Below, one piece after another: positions 13,721 through 27,643 of a stretch of 64,000 bases of DNA. The notes beneath the pieces were generated by a model that saw only the letters and a list, made by a program, of their open reading frames with translations, was not told where the DNA came from and did not search any database. How positions within the stretch are numbered: the first letter of the stretch is position 1; each line of letters opens with the position of its first letter. The stretch is from the human T2T-CHM13v2.0 reference genome, Homo sapiens, in the NCBI RefSeq assembly GCF_009914755.1, contig NC_060936.1. The stretch is one strand, 5' to 3'. Both the position numbers and the translations under genes were made by a program.

Positions 13721-14131
13721 CTGGCAGGCACAAGGGACTCCTTCCCCCAGAGACCCAGAGCCAGCAAAGAAAAAGAGGATGCAAATCACAGTCAAACAAG
13801 GCATTGATTTCAGATCTTTATAGATTCCAACCAATGCTGCAGAGACACTCAGACTGTTACTGTGCATTCCCTGTATGCATGGATGGCCAAAGTGCGGTAA
13901 TTTTGGGATGGTCTCTGACACTGGCAGCTTCTATTTTTAAAGAGGCCTTCCTGGGGAAGTGCTGTCTTCCTGTCCTTGTATAAGTTAGTCTGAGACTCAA
14001 GATGGAGCAAGAGATCTCTGCTTTCAAAGACTGCAGTAGATTTACCATGAGTCTCCAATTAATAATAACTTACTGAATGTCATCTAAGTGCTTTCAGCTA
14101 CATGTCATCTCCTCAAACAGTCCCTCACTGA

Positions 14132-15612
<1,481 letters not shown>

Positions 15613-15719
15613 TTCATGGCCACGCAGTCTAAAGCAACGGTACAGTCCCTCTGCTGTCGCTGAATTTCCATTCTCTCCTAGAAGTTCCCACTGCCTGACT
15701 TTTCCCCTTATGAAGAGAT

Positions 15720-16118
15720 GTAGCTGATGTTGTTGAGACTCTGCGCATGACCCATAACCAGCCCGTGTGCCCCACTCCTGGGCACGCAGCAGCTAACACC
15801 TTACACCCATGGCCTTCTTCTAAGAAACGCTCTTGCCTAAGGAGCCTCTTTACCTGAGAGGCTACTACAACACCCTGGGGTGGCCAATGACTGACAGAGA
15901 CGGGTACAAAAGCTCCCCACTGTTGCTTTCAAGGACAACTCTGAAGGTGTGATTTGCACTTCAGGGCCCCCAGGGATCAGGCCCAGGTTAGATTTTTCCA
16001 CAGCACCCCTCTGCTTGGCTTCTTCCCCTTCCCCATCCTGATTTCTTCATCCTTTACAGGTTTTCCTGAGGAGAACATCCTCAATAAATCACATGCACCC
16101 AAATCCCCATCTCAGTCC
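15720..16118 (+). mobile_element. LTR16-family (ERVL) solo LTR
   Basis: GGCCAATGACTGACAGAGACGGGTACAAAAGC...GGACAACTCTGAAGGTGTGA...CTCAATAAATCACATGCACCCAAATCCCCATCTCAG. Confidence 0.75.
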
Positions 16119-16119
16119 C

Positions 16120-16282
16120 TGACAGTGTGTTTATCTTCTTACTGTCTGTCCCCACTTCTCAAGAGGATATAAACTAAGAGAGCAGTGACTTCACCCAGCT
16201 CCCTCATTGCTGTATTCCTATTGCCTGGAGCTTGGCGTGAAGTAACTACACCATGTAATGAGATGAATAAACGTTGAATGAG
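16120..16282 (+). mobile_element. L2 3' fragment
   Basis: TGTCTGTCCCCACT...CATTGCTGTATTCCTATTGCCTGGAG...GTTGAATGA. Confidence 0.6.
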
Positions 16283-17629
16283 GATATGAATTCCAGTCAC
16301 TTTGCACATCTTTCCTCTAAATCTCGTGACAACCAAGAGGGAGATATTGCTTCTTTTCATATTACAAGGTAACACCCCTAGGCAGTACTCTGGCTGCTGC
16401 TGAGCCCTGTTGTCCTCTGTTGGCACCATCACCTGACCTCCAGGGAAGGGGTCCAGCATTTCCCTGCATGGTCCTGACAAAGATGTGGATGTGGACCCCT
16501 CCCTGATCCAATGCAGGACAGACTGTACTGATGATGAAAGGACACGTGGCACAGAGCATGATTCAGACGCACTGCCGAGTCAGGACCCAACCCGAGGCCC
16601 TTTCCTTGGCACGGTCCCAGGTTCTCTTACAGGTAATCGCCCAGGGACAAGGAAAGCCACCCTCCACCAACAGAAATGCTTCCGGCAATTGCATGACCCT
16701 GAGACTGCCAAGCATTGGCCAGATCTAGAGCAAAGAAAATATTCCTCCTACCACTACCAGATAAGCTCCTTCCAGAGTCTCTGTTCCCTACTCTCAAACT
16801 GACCTCTTCCCAATGACAAGGGCTCATTCCCTTCAGCAGACACCCCCATCATCATGGGACCATTGGATATTGGATATATGAAGTTATTAGGATAACCTCA
16901 TAATATCTGGCAGTATATTTCCAGAGTTTATGCTATTCGCTCTTAAGTAACTCTCTCTACCCCAACAAGTAATCTGTGAGTAGCTACCCCAAGTTCTGGG
17001 CACAGTTTTTCAGTTTCTTCTCAGAAAAGTCTTATAAAATTTTGTAGTGTGCTTTCATCTGTGACCATCTTCTTACAGAAGAGTAAACCAAAATGCATGC
17101 ATTGAATATTTTATAGCTTGGGTATGAGAATAAGATGAGCCCACATGAGACAATTACCAGTACAAAATTAAACTGTAAATAAGACAGGGAGTTAGAATCT
17201 ACCTAGAAGGCTATAGTGCTTTTGTTGGAGCTTCCAAAAGGAGAGGGTGAGATCAGCTCTGGTTAGCTCGAGTTTGTGGGAAGTCACAGACATGATGCAT
17301 TTCCTTTTGGCACTAGTTTGTTTGGCAGGGACATGTCACCTAAGGTGATAAGGATGAGCTAAAGGGGCTGGCTCTCCACCAACCACTGCAAGGGATGGAA
17401 GTGGAGGAGCTGCTTGGCATCTCCCTGTTGTTCCATTATCTCTTCCTCAACATCCGATTCTCCTTCCGGTCATCCTCCTTCCTATCCTTCCCTCTTTCTC
17501 CTCCACTTTCCATTCATCTGACCTCTCTTTTCTTCCCTTTTCCTTTTGAATTTAAGGTTTGGTCAGTTTGAGACATACACTCTACTTGTGAGGCACAGCA
17601 ATTTGTGGAGGAGAAAGGGCCCCTGAGTG

Positions 17630-17810
17630 AAACAGACCTGGGTACCAACTCAGATTTGTGCCTTACAGGCAAGTTATATAACCTCTCATAGCTCTGTGCC
17701 ATCCATAGAAGTGAGGACACAAAGCTTTCTCAAGTTATTTGAAGGAGTAAACAAGATGATTTATGTAAAGTGCCTGGCACATAGATAGCTCTCAGTAGAT
17801 GTTTATTTTT
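17630..17810 (+). mobile_element. MIR
   Basis: GGCAAGTTATATAACCTCTC...ATGTAAAGTGCCTGGCACATAG. Confidence 0.75.
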
Positions 17811-18534
17811 CCTTACTTCCTTCCTCCTTATTTATTTTTTAGTGCTATGCGCATATTAAATAGTAGTCATTAAATGGATGCTTATTAAATGAGTATTTGG
17901 AGTTCAATTAGTAAACTGTCAAATACTTAGAATTATTAAGATTGGGAGGGATTTAATAATTATTATTATAATACCTTGTGCTAGGCACTGGGATTAGAGA
18001 AGTCCTTGTCGTATAATATCTGACACGACCCTCCCCAAATGCATAAGGTAGGCATTATTTTTATTACCCAAGATGCAGTCTTTATTACTCAGGGTCCACA
18101 TTTCATTTTACAAATTAAGAAGCTGAGGCTTAGAGGGGCCAAGTAATTTACATGAGGTCACAGAATGGAATCTTGACACCAGAACCAAACCCTTCAACTG
18201 CTAGGTTAGACTGCAGAGTCATTGAATATTTTTGATCCCCTGCAGCCCATAAGGAAGGTAGAGCCCAGCAATTGGAGCATCATTTGTTTCCTGACTGCAA
18301 AGTGAATCATCCTTCTTAAAGATAGTATAAGTAATGTGCAGTTACGCAAAATTGAAAGATTTGAGACAGAGCCATATTGTTCTCACAGGAAAGGATTAAG
18401 GGGTGGGGGGATGTGGAAAATTAGGAGCATGGGAGGAAAATGGATTAAGTGACATGTTCTAGGGCAGCCCAGAGCTGGTGGATAACAGAAAGGTCTAATG
18501 GGGAATCTTACTAGGTTGTTTGCAGTTTAAGATG

Positions 18535-18931
18535 AGTTAAATCAAGTTTAGCCCAAAGCTGCCTCCTTACATATATTAAGTTCAGCCTAAGGGTATCTCT
18601 GTACACGTGAACTATAACAAGTGGAAGTAGAAATAGACCATAGCCTACATTTGTGCCAATCATCAAGGTTTGGCCAATCAAATGTAGCCAATTGTTTGAA
18701 CCGTATTTAAATAAGGCAAACACCGAATTGTAACCAATCCAGCTGTTTCTGTACCTCACTTCTTTTTTCTGTATGTCACTTTCCTTTTCTCTCCATAAAT
18801 CTTCTTCCCCCATGTGGCTCTGCTGGAGTCTCTGAGCCTATTCTGGCTCAGGAGGCTGCCCAATTCAGGAATCGTTCATTGCTCAGTTAAACTCTTTTAA
18901 ATTTAATTCAGCTGAAGTTTTTCTTTTATCA
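18535..18931 (+). mobile_element. 5' LTR (MER57A1-like)
   Basis: (T>A)GTTAAATCAAGTTTAGCCCAAAGCTGCCTCC...GTTTTTCTTTTATCA, with several CCAAT boxes. Confidence 0.9.
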
Positions 18932-18933
18932 GA

Positions 18934-18951
18934 TGGTGTCAGAAGTGGGAT
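18934..18951 (+). promoter_or_regulatory. Primer-binding site complementary to the tRNA-Leu(CAA) 3' end
   Basis: TGGTGTCAGAAGTGGGAT, 2 nt after the LTR. It is the complement of ...ATCCCACTTCTGACACCA. Confidence 0.85.
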
Positions 18952-20451
18952 CCGAAGTAGAGCTTCTAACATCCCCTAGGAGCACTGAGTGACCAAGTGA
19001 GGAACTCTCTGGACTGATTGTGTCCATTGATCTCTTGGAGCAGCTGGGGATTGTGGTAAGTTCTCTCTCAGATTCCAAAGCTCCACGGATTTGTGTTTTT
19101 AGCTCTCCGAGTTTCTTTGAGCAAGTTTCTGATCCAAACTGGATTTGGAAGTTGTGATGAGAAACTGGACTGAGTCCAGTAATTAGCTGGTTTGGATCCA
19201 GCTAGAGGCTTCTTACATCTGACTGGGTCAGAAGGAAACCAGTAGTAAATGGCAATATTGCAGGGGGTGTAAAATTTGGCTTTTGGAAATTCACAGGGAT
19301 TTTTGTGTTCTACCCCTTTGGTTCATTTTTCTTGTGCACTTAGGTAGGAAAAAAAATCAATCACTGACTAAGTTGATCAAGGGAACCTGAAAGCAAAGCC
19401 AATATTTGAGGTAAAAATGAGATCCTTAATTTCTGAAGAATTGAGTTCCTTCTGGCTTATACACGCACAAGTGTTAGGCCTTATAAGCAGCGAAGTCTTA
19501 AAGAAATGGCAAAATCTTACTAAAGATAACTTACAGTGGAACGTTCCAAATGAACAACACTGCACTGAAGTGTGTTAGAAAATGAGGGCTTCCAAATTAG
19601 TCTCATCTGTACTGATATGCAGAAGCTTGTAAAAAGATTTCAGTATTTTTATATGAAGACTTTATGAAAGGCAAATAAAAAGCTTAAGTGACTAATTGAT
19701 TAAAAAAATTAAATCTGCTAACCTTTTGGCTTAGTTACTATTCTAATCCAAAGGAAGTAACTGCAGCACCAATTGGCTGACTTTGGGTAAGTAGTGGAGT
19801 ACATTTTACCTGTATTGGGTTAGAGAATTGGGTTAGAGGCCCTCCCCTCAGTAAAGTCCCTCTTGGTTAAAAATGGATTTGGCACAATGGGCTGTTAACT
19901 GCTATTCTCTTTGGATTAATCTGTCTTGTACTTTTTGCTGATGACAATGGGTGACAGGATTAGGCATGTACAGGATCACGGGACCTGGGGAACCTTCCCC
20001 AAAGGGGGAAACTTGAGGGCTGATGGGATTGCTGGAAAATATCCCTTTGCAACTGACACGTGGCCATCTGAACTTTTGATTCAGCGTTGCTATAATGGGT
20101 GGGTCTTACTCTGGCCTCCCTGAGTGGCTTGCCTTCTTTACCCTGCTGCAAGCAATGTTTTTCTCCCTTTCCTTTCCTCTCTCTCCGTGCAAACTGGTTG
20201 TAGGAATGGTAAAAAATTACTATCTCTTGTAAAGTTTTAATTAATGAGAAAAGGATTTGTGAGGCTGGTCTTAAGCTGTAGCGAATCTGGTGTACTTTGT
20301 GCTATGAATTTGTCTTTCTGCATCATTCAGTCATAAAAAGGGGTACCATAAGATGGAATGCAGGCCTAGGCCCCCATAAGCTTGCTGCTCAAGCCAACCC
20401 AGCAAACTGGTCGTTATAAACTTTGCTGCAGGTCCCTGAAACAAACATCAT

Positions 20452-20475
20452 CAACAACAACAACAACAACAACAA
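20452..20475 (+). repeat. (CAA)n microsatellite
   Basis: About 8 CAA units. Confidence 0.9.
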
Positions 20476-20969
20476 ACTGGATAAACGTTTCCCTCTTGTC
20501 TTGTTTCATGCCCTTGAGAGCTTGACCTTGTAACCACAGGGTAGTACTTTCTCTTGGCCTCTGCCATCCAGGAAACAGGAATTTGGGGGTTCATGTGACA
20601 GTTAGTTCTAAAAATTATTGTGAACATTTAAAAGCCATTGCATCTCAAAAAATGACTGCTCTAGGCTCCTTCTGGGAAGAAACAACAGAAACTGCCCAAT
20701 GCTGTAGCTTCGTGGCGAAGGCTTTGTCTCTTCTCAGTGGCAGCCAGGATTCAATTCCTGGCTTAGGGGATGAGTCCTTTCTGGTTTGATATCTAAGTGG
20801 CTATTGCTATTTATTGATTCTCTCCCTCTCCTTTTGACTTCCCATCTTGAATTCTTCTTTCTCTGAGCACCTGGGAGGTTACCTTTGGTAAAGTTCAAAA
20901 GCCAGAAATATTTGCTATTTGTTCTGGCTAGAATCCGGTTAAAAAAATATTTGGTTAAAAGTCAGTGTA

Positions 20970-21271
20970 GGCCAGGTGCGGTGGCCTACGCCTGTAATCC
21001 CAGCATTTTGGGAGACTGAGGAGGACAGATCACTTGAGGTCTGGAGTTCGAGAGCAGCCTGGCCAAAATGGCAAAACCCCATCTCTACTAAAAATACAAA
21101 AAAATTATCCAGGCATGGTGCTGTGTGCCTGTAATCCCAGCAACTCAGTAGGCTGAGGCAAGAGAATCGCTTGAACTTGGGAAGCAGAGGTTGAGGTGAG
21201 CCAAGATCACACCACTGCAGTCCAGCCTGGGTGACAGAGTGAGACTCTGTCCCCCAAAAAACAAAACAAAA
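20970..21271 (+). mobile_element. AluS
   Basis: Full dimer with (CAAAA)n tail inside the ERV internal region. Confidence 0.95.
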
Positions 21272-22227
21272 CACTTGGTTAAAAGTGGATATTCAAGCTA
21301 CAGGTATATTTAAAAGGCCTTTATGGTTTTTTTTCCTCTATTTGGATCTTTTTTTTTTCTTTTCAGGCAACTGAACTGTTTTTCTCCATTTTTTTCTTCT
21401 TGCCACTCTTGATGCATACATGAGAGGACCTAAGATAACTTCTAACAGCCTGGGACTCCTTGGGAAAAACAGAGGAGGTGCCACAGACCCCATTTTGGGA
21501 AAAACCTCTGTTTTCCTAATGAAACCCCAGGAATTAGAAGCAGATAGATCTCTCTCAAAATCTAAGGCTAAATATACTTTTAGGGATGGCAAATGGCAGT
21601 TGGGGAGATACTCAGCTCTTTGCACATTGGATCAGAGAAGCATGCTCTTGGCCATCTGGAAAGTATGGAAATGTCCCCATCCCCCACCAAGAGATAAGAC
21701 TCCCATTGGGGTGGGCTAATCACAGAATGGGCTGATTAGCTTTGGGTGGCTTTGCATTGAAATGCACGGTCAAATCATTGCACTGTCTTGTTCCATAGCA
21801 TTTCTCTTTTGAGGATCCAGGATCCAACATAAAATTGGGATCCTGTTTTTTTGGATATCTGTTTTGCCTTCCAGCTGTGCTTACTTATTAGGACCTAGAA
21901 ACTGCATGTTTTCTTAGTCCTGTTCCTCCAAGGACTCCACCCTGAATCCAGTAATCCAGTTAAGAAATTTAAAAACTGGCAAATGAAACATCTTACAACT
22001 ACTGGATCTTCTGTGTTTCTATGTATTTATGTGTTCTGTGTGTGACGTTTGTATATAAAAGAGGTCTGATTAATTGGCTTAAAAAGAAGAGCTCTTAAAT
22101 AGAAAAATTTTGGAAGAAAAATTAAAACTGTAATGCCTTTTAGTTCATGTGACTTTAGTAAGCTTTGGGAAATAAGTAAAGACATTTGGTCTAAATTAGG
22201 CAGGTCACATATTAGATTTGCTAAATA

Positions 22228-22491
<264 letters not shown>

Positions 22492-22976
22492 TAGATTTGC
22501 TAAATACTTTAAGGTAATAAACTGCTTCTTTGACTTTTGAAAATTTTTCAACTTACCTGCCTTGGAGCCTGCTTTAGATTCGAAGTAAGGTCTGAGGACA
22601 TGCAAAGTTAGCCAAGCCCCCTGGCTATGCTAAAAAGAGTCAGACTTTATCTATACTTCTGTTTAGTGTCCTAGGCTCCACACCTGGTACATAATTAAAA
22701 TCACCTACTTACCAGGGTTTTTCACCAAAAATAAAAATTGCTAAGAGTTAACATTGTAACATGTAACTGAGACCACGGAAAAAACCATTTTACGTGCAAG
22801 GTGTGTGAGGAAAGTGAAATATGCTTTTAGCAAAAGATTATAAGATGGAGCAGGAATGTAAATTTTTATCTAGTTTAGAGGGTTAAAGGATTGTTTTAAA
22901 TTAGATAGGATAAAGCTGAAGGTTTGAGCAAATTGTGGAAGATTTATGAAAAATTAATTTTGTAAAAAAAATTATT

Positions 22977-23307
<331 letters not shown>

Positions 23308-24599
23308 CTACATTTAAAGGGGTATTACTTGTTTTTTCTGTAAATTGAACATTGAAATAAAAGCACAACAGGGTTTTCTTAGAGCACTGATCTGCTCTTT
23401 AACAAATATTTGTAAAGGGTTATAAAAGATTTATGAGAATCTCACCTTATGATCAAACTGATTAAGATTGGATAAATTTGCCTCTATGATTTATTAAAGA
23501 TTGGGGTTGACATTAATAGTATGCTAATGCAAGGGTGAAATTTGGCTTTCTCTTTTGAACAAGATTTTCACATAATATTGAAGGATAATCAAATATTTTT
23601 GTTTGCCTTTTGAATAAGCTACAGGAAAAAGAAGAGAAACACATGAGACAGATTGTTTGGAAAACTAAGTCTTCAGTTAGTAAAGGTTTCTGCCTTTTTA
23701 AAATTTTTGAGTCATCATTTTGGCTAAATGAATGACTTATGGTGACCTGGAATTCTATCTCATAATATCAAGTGTTTTAAACCTTTAACATATTTGACAG
23801 GCTTCCCAAAATCAAATTTCAGCTTCAAAATCATCTTTTCTGACCTCTAACTTTGGGATACTACAGAGGGCCCCTGAAGCACCAAAAAGAGAGGTAAACA
23901 AGACTATTTAACATGTTAAGTTACATGGGAAGCATTGTCAAAATAAAAAACAATGCTTAACCTTCTTCAGGTTACATTTTAGTGAATGTTATTAATATAC
24001 ATTCCAAAATTGTATGGGATTTCTAAAATTCTAATATGCTTGAATATATGCTATCAATCATAAGTAGGGTTATTATGTTAAATTATTGTAGACCATGGAA
24101 ATAACCAAATATGCTTGTCAATTGTGTCTTTAACTATGACTACTTAAAGTCATTTCCACAGTTAATTGCTTAATGCTGATAGTTTCTGAAAACTTCACAA
24201 GCATGCAAAATCCTAGAATATGGCATATTTTAGGAGGTTCATGAAAGAATGGAAAGGACTCTGAAAAGTACTCTTGAATACAGGTTTCTGGTAACTTTAG
24301 AATCATATCATCTGGACTACGTAAGAATTCCTGGAGCTTTAATGAAAAGACTGACTGGTTTACAAAACTGCTAACTCAAGTAGAACAAAAATTAATTTAA
24401 TACCAAGAAAATACTTTGCCAGATTTTCACGCTAAATCAGCTGATACTGAAATTGTTTAGATATACAATTTGAATGAACTCCATGGTCTAAGTCAAATTA
24501 CCTATGATAACCCATTAGTTATCAGTGCTATGCACCTAAGTTGGAGAAACAACTGGTATTCAAGAGGACATAAGTCCAGTGTTAAGCATGGAATCACAG

Positions 24600-25200
24600 A
24601 GAACCAGGACAGCTCCCTTGTCATTCCTGAGTTCTTAAAGCTTTTGTTATTAAAAGTTCTGCATTCCATGGCTCATCATGGGAAAGATACAATGATCCAA
24701 ATTAAACATATATTGTTGTGGTGATTTCTAAATTACTAAAATAGTTTATGACCAGTGTTTGGTTTGTTAAACCCATATTCCTGGGAAGACAATCAAAGCT
24801 TCAGGTACATTCAGCTACCTGATGGGCCATTTAAACATTTATAGAGGGATTTCATTCAACTGTCATTTTCAATGCATGTTTTCTGGTTATATAAAAGGTC
24901 TCCCATGCAAGAGGGCTGATGTTATCAGTAGGTTATTATGCCACAGTATATTTTCACTAGGTAAAGAAAACTTTTTATGGTTTACTGACTGAGGACAATC
25001 AACCCCTTCATGATCTAGAACCTGAAGATTGGATCTTCTGGGAACATCAGAGAAAGCCTGCCCTTGCCATCCACACTGCAGCAAAACTTCGGGACCTTGA
25101 ACCTTGTGTTCATAATCTCACAACTGAGAAGGGTCCTTCCACACTCTTGGAACTGTACACCCACTGGAACTCTTTAGGTAAAGCTAACCAGGAAAGTTTC
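24600..25200 (+). pseudogene. Decayed retroviral pol (integrase) remnant
   Basis: LLKVLHSMAHHGKD (H..H of the zinc finger), QCLVC*THIPGK (C..C), PDGPFKHL*RDFIQL (core start). Stops, frameshifts and deletions throughout. Confidence 0.7.
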
Positions 25201-25499
25201 TCCCCAGAAGAAGACGGCATACTTGATGTGAAGAGCTTTTTCCAAGATCACAGATCATGACTTCTCTACTATCATGAGACTCTTATCTTTGGATATTTTT
25301 TTCTCCTTGGTTATGCTTCTGTGGACAACAGAAGTGAAAGAGGGGTCTGTTGTGTGCACTCATGGGTTATACTTTTATTTGTGAAGGATTTTGCAGCCAG
25401 CCTTATACATGGATAACCTCATACCTTGATAGATGAAAAATTAAGGCCCAATGTAGATGAAAAACTAATGGTACATGTGTTGCTTTGTAATCAGTCAGA

Positions 25500-26100
25500 A
25501 ACAGAACATCAGTTCACTTCTCTTAATCCATATCATGGGTTAAAGAGAACATTGCTAGGAGGCCTTCACTCTTCTAGAAGGGCATCATTTGCTAGGTCCC
25601 TTTTCCATGATTTGGAATAAAAGAGGCAATGATTAGAAATGTATCCCTCATGAAAGGCTTTATAGCAGATTCTACTGTAAAGGCTGTGGTTACACAATAG
25701 ACTTTAAATTCTCTTGTGAAAGTTATGCTAAATAACAGAATAGCTCCAGATTATTTAGTGGCTAAATGGAAAAGTATTTGTGCAGCTGCTGGCATTTGTG
25801 GTCTATGGAGACATACATCAAATGTAGATTATAGAGATTCAGTTGTAGGGGATTAATGAAGAGACTGCTTAGTTAAGTGAGTCAATTCTTTGTCTAGCTC
25901 ATTCTTTGATGTATTTAATTTTAGGTGGTCTGGTTTAGTGGACCCTGGGTAAGGAGCATACTCCAAACATGTTGTATTATCCTCCTGATAGTCATAATAG
26001 TAGTCTCCCTGGTGTGCTGTATTCCCTCAAAAGTTTTAAATGTTTGCATGCAGCCATCTCAAGAATGTCAAATGGTCTCTCTTTAACTGGAATGACAAGA
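25500..26100 (+). pseudogene. Decayed gamma-type env TM remnant
   Basis: GLKR/TLLGG cleavage-fusion-like segment. MIRNVSLMKGFIADSTVKAVVTQ*TLNSLVKVMLNNRIAPDYLVAKWKSICAAAGIC (heptad plus ISD-like, from 25629). Hydrophobic IILLIVIIVVSLVCCI at ~25975-26022. Confidence 0.8.
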
Positions 26101-26276
26101 GCTGAAAGGAGTATGTGAACATGAGGGCACCATAACCTATGAATAATATGCTGAGACCAGAAACCCAAAATTGTGGGTGGTGCTAAGGCCCTAAGTTTTG
26201 ATCACACTCTCACCTAAGTAAGAACCTGATCAAAAAGGGGGAATTTTTTAAAGCAAAATTATGGGAGGCCATTGTT

Positions 26277-26301
26277 TTGAGAGCTTGTTTGGAGGTTCTA
26301 G
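26277..26301 (-). pseudogene. 25-nt fragment of 7SK snRNA (approx. nt 215-239)
   Basis: Reverse complement CTAGAACCTCCAAACAAGCTCTCAA is identical to the human 7SK sequence as I recall it. Lies between ERV-int and THE1-int sequence. Confidence 0.85.
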
Positions 26302-27643
26302 TAGAAGGGAAATGTGAGGTGGGACCCCCCAAACACAGAGTCCCTACTGGGGCACCACCTAGTGGAGCTGTGAGAGGAGGGCCACTGTCCTCCAGACCCC
26401 AGAATGGTAGATCCACTGACAGCTTGTACTGTGTGCCTGGAAAAGCCATAGACATGCAAGACCAGCCCATGAAAGCAGTCGGGAGGGAGGCTGTACCCTG
26501 CAGAGCCACAGGGGCAAAGCTGCCCAAGATCATGGGAACCCACCTCTTATATCAGCGTGACTTGGATGTGAGACATGGAGTCAAAGGAGATCATTTTGGA
26601 GCTTTAAGATTTTCCTGGTAGACTGAGCCAAGATGGCCGAAAAGGAACAGCTCTGGTCTACAGCTCCCAGCATGAGCAACGCAGAAGACGGGTGATTTCT
26701 GCATTTCCATCTGAGGTACCGGGTTCATCTCACTAGGGAGTGCCAGAAAGTGGGCACAGGACAGTGGGTGCAGCACACCATGCGGAAGCCGAAGCAGGGC
26801 AAGGCATTGCTTCACTCAGGAAGTGCAAGGGGCTTGTCAAAGAAAGGGGTGACAGACGGCACCTGGAAAATCGGGTCACTCCCACCCTAATACTGTGCTT
26901 TTTCGATGGGCTTAAAAAACGGCGCACCAGGAGATTATATCCTGCACCTGGCTCGGAGGGTCCTATGCCCACGGAGTCTCACTGATTGCTAACACAGCAA
27001 TCTGAGATCAAACTGCAAGGTGGCAGCGAGGCTGGGGGAGGGGCACCAGCCATTGCCCAGGCTTGCTTAGGTAAACAAAGCAGCCGGGAAGCTTGAACTG
27101 GGTGGAGCCCACCACAGCTCAAGGAGGCCTGCCTGCCTCTGTAGGCTCCACCTCTGGGGGCAGGGCACAGACAAACAAAAAGACAGCAGTAACCTCTGCA
27201 GACTTAAATGTCCCTGTCTGACAGCTTTGAAGAGAGCAGTGGTTCTCCCAGCACAAAGCTGGAGATCTGAGAAGGGGCAGACTGCCTCCTCAAGTGGGTC
27301 CCTGACCCCTGACCCCTGACCCCTGAGCAGCCTAACTGGGAGGCACCCCCCAGTAGGGGCAGACTGAAACCTCACACGGCCGGGTACTCCTCTGAGACAA
27401 AACTTCCAGAGGAACAATCAGACAGCAGCATTTGCGGTTCACGAAAATCCACTGTTCTGCAGCCACCGCTACTGATACCCAGGCAAACAGGGTCTGGAGT
27501 GGATCTCTAGCAAACTCCAACAGACCTGCAGCTGAGGGTCCTGTCTGTTAGAAGGAAAACTAACAAACAGAAAGGACATCCACACCAAAAACCCATCTGT
27601 ACATCACCATCATCAAAGACCAAAAGTAGATAAAACCACAAAG

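Noticed and set aside
16139-16827. Cluster of overlapping 65-137 aa ORFs
   Set aside because: No recognisable protein motif. It partly overlaps an L2, and ORFs on both strands are explained by locally higher GC.
18934-18955. tRNA-Leu gene
   Set aside because: Only the complement of the 3' end including CCA is present, adjacent to an LTR, so it is a PBS.
26733-27053. Intact antisense L1 ORF0
   Set aside because: The ATG at 27053 gives MAGAPPPASLPPCSLISDCCVSNQ and then TGA at 26981-26979. The listed 79-aa ORF is only the downstream remnant.
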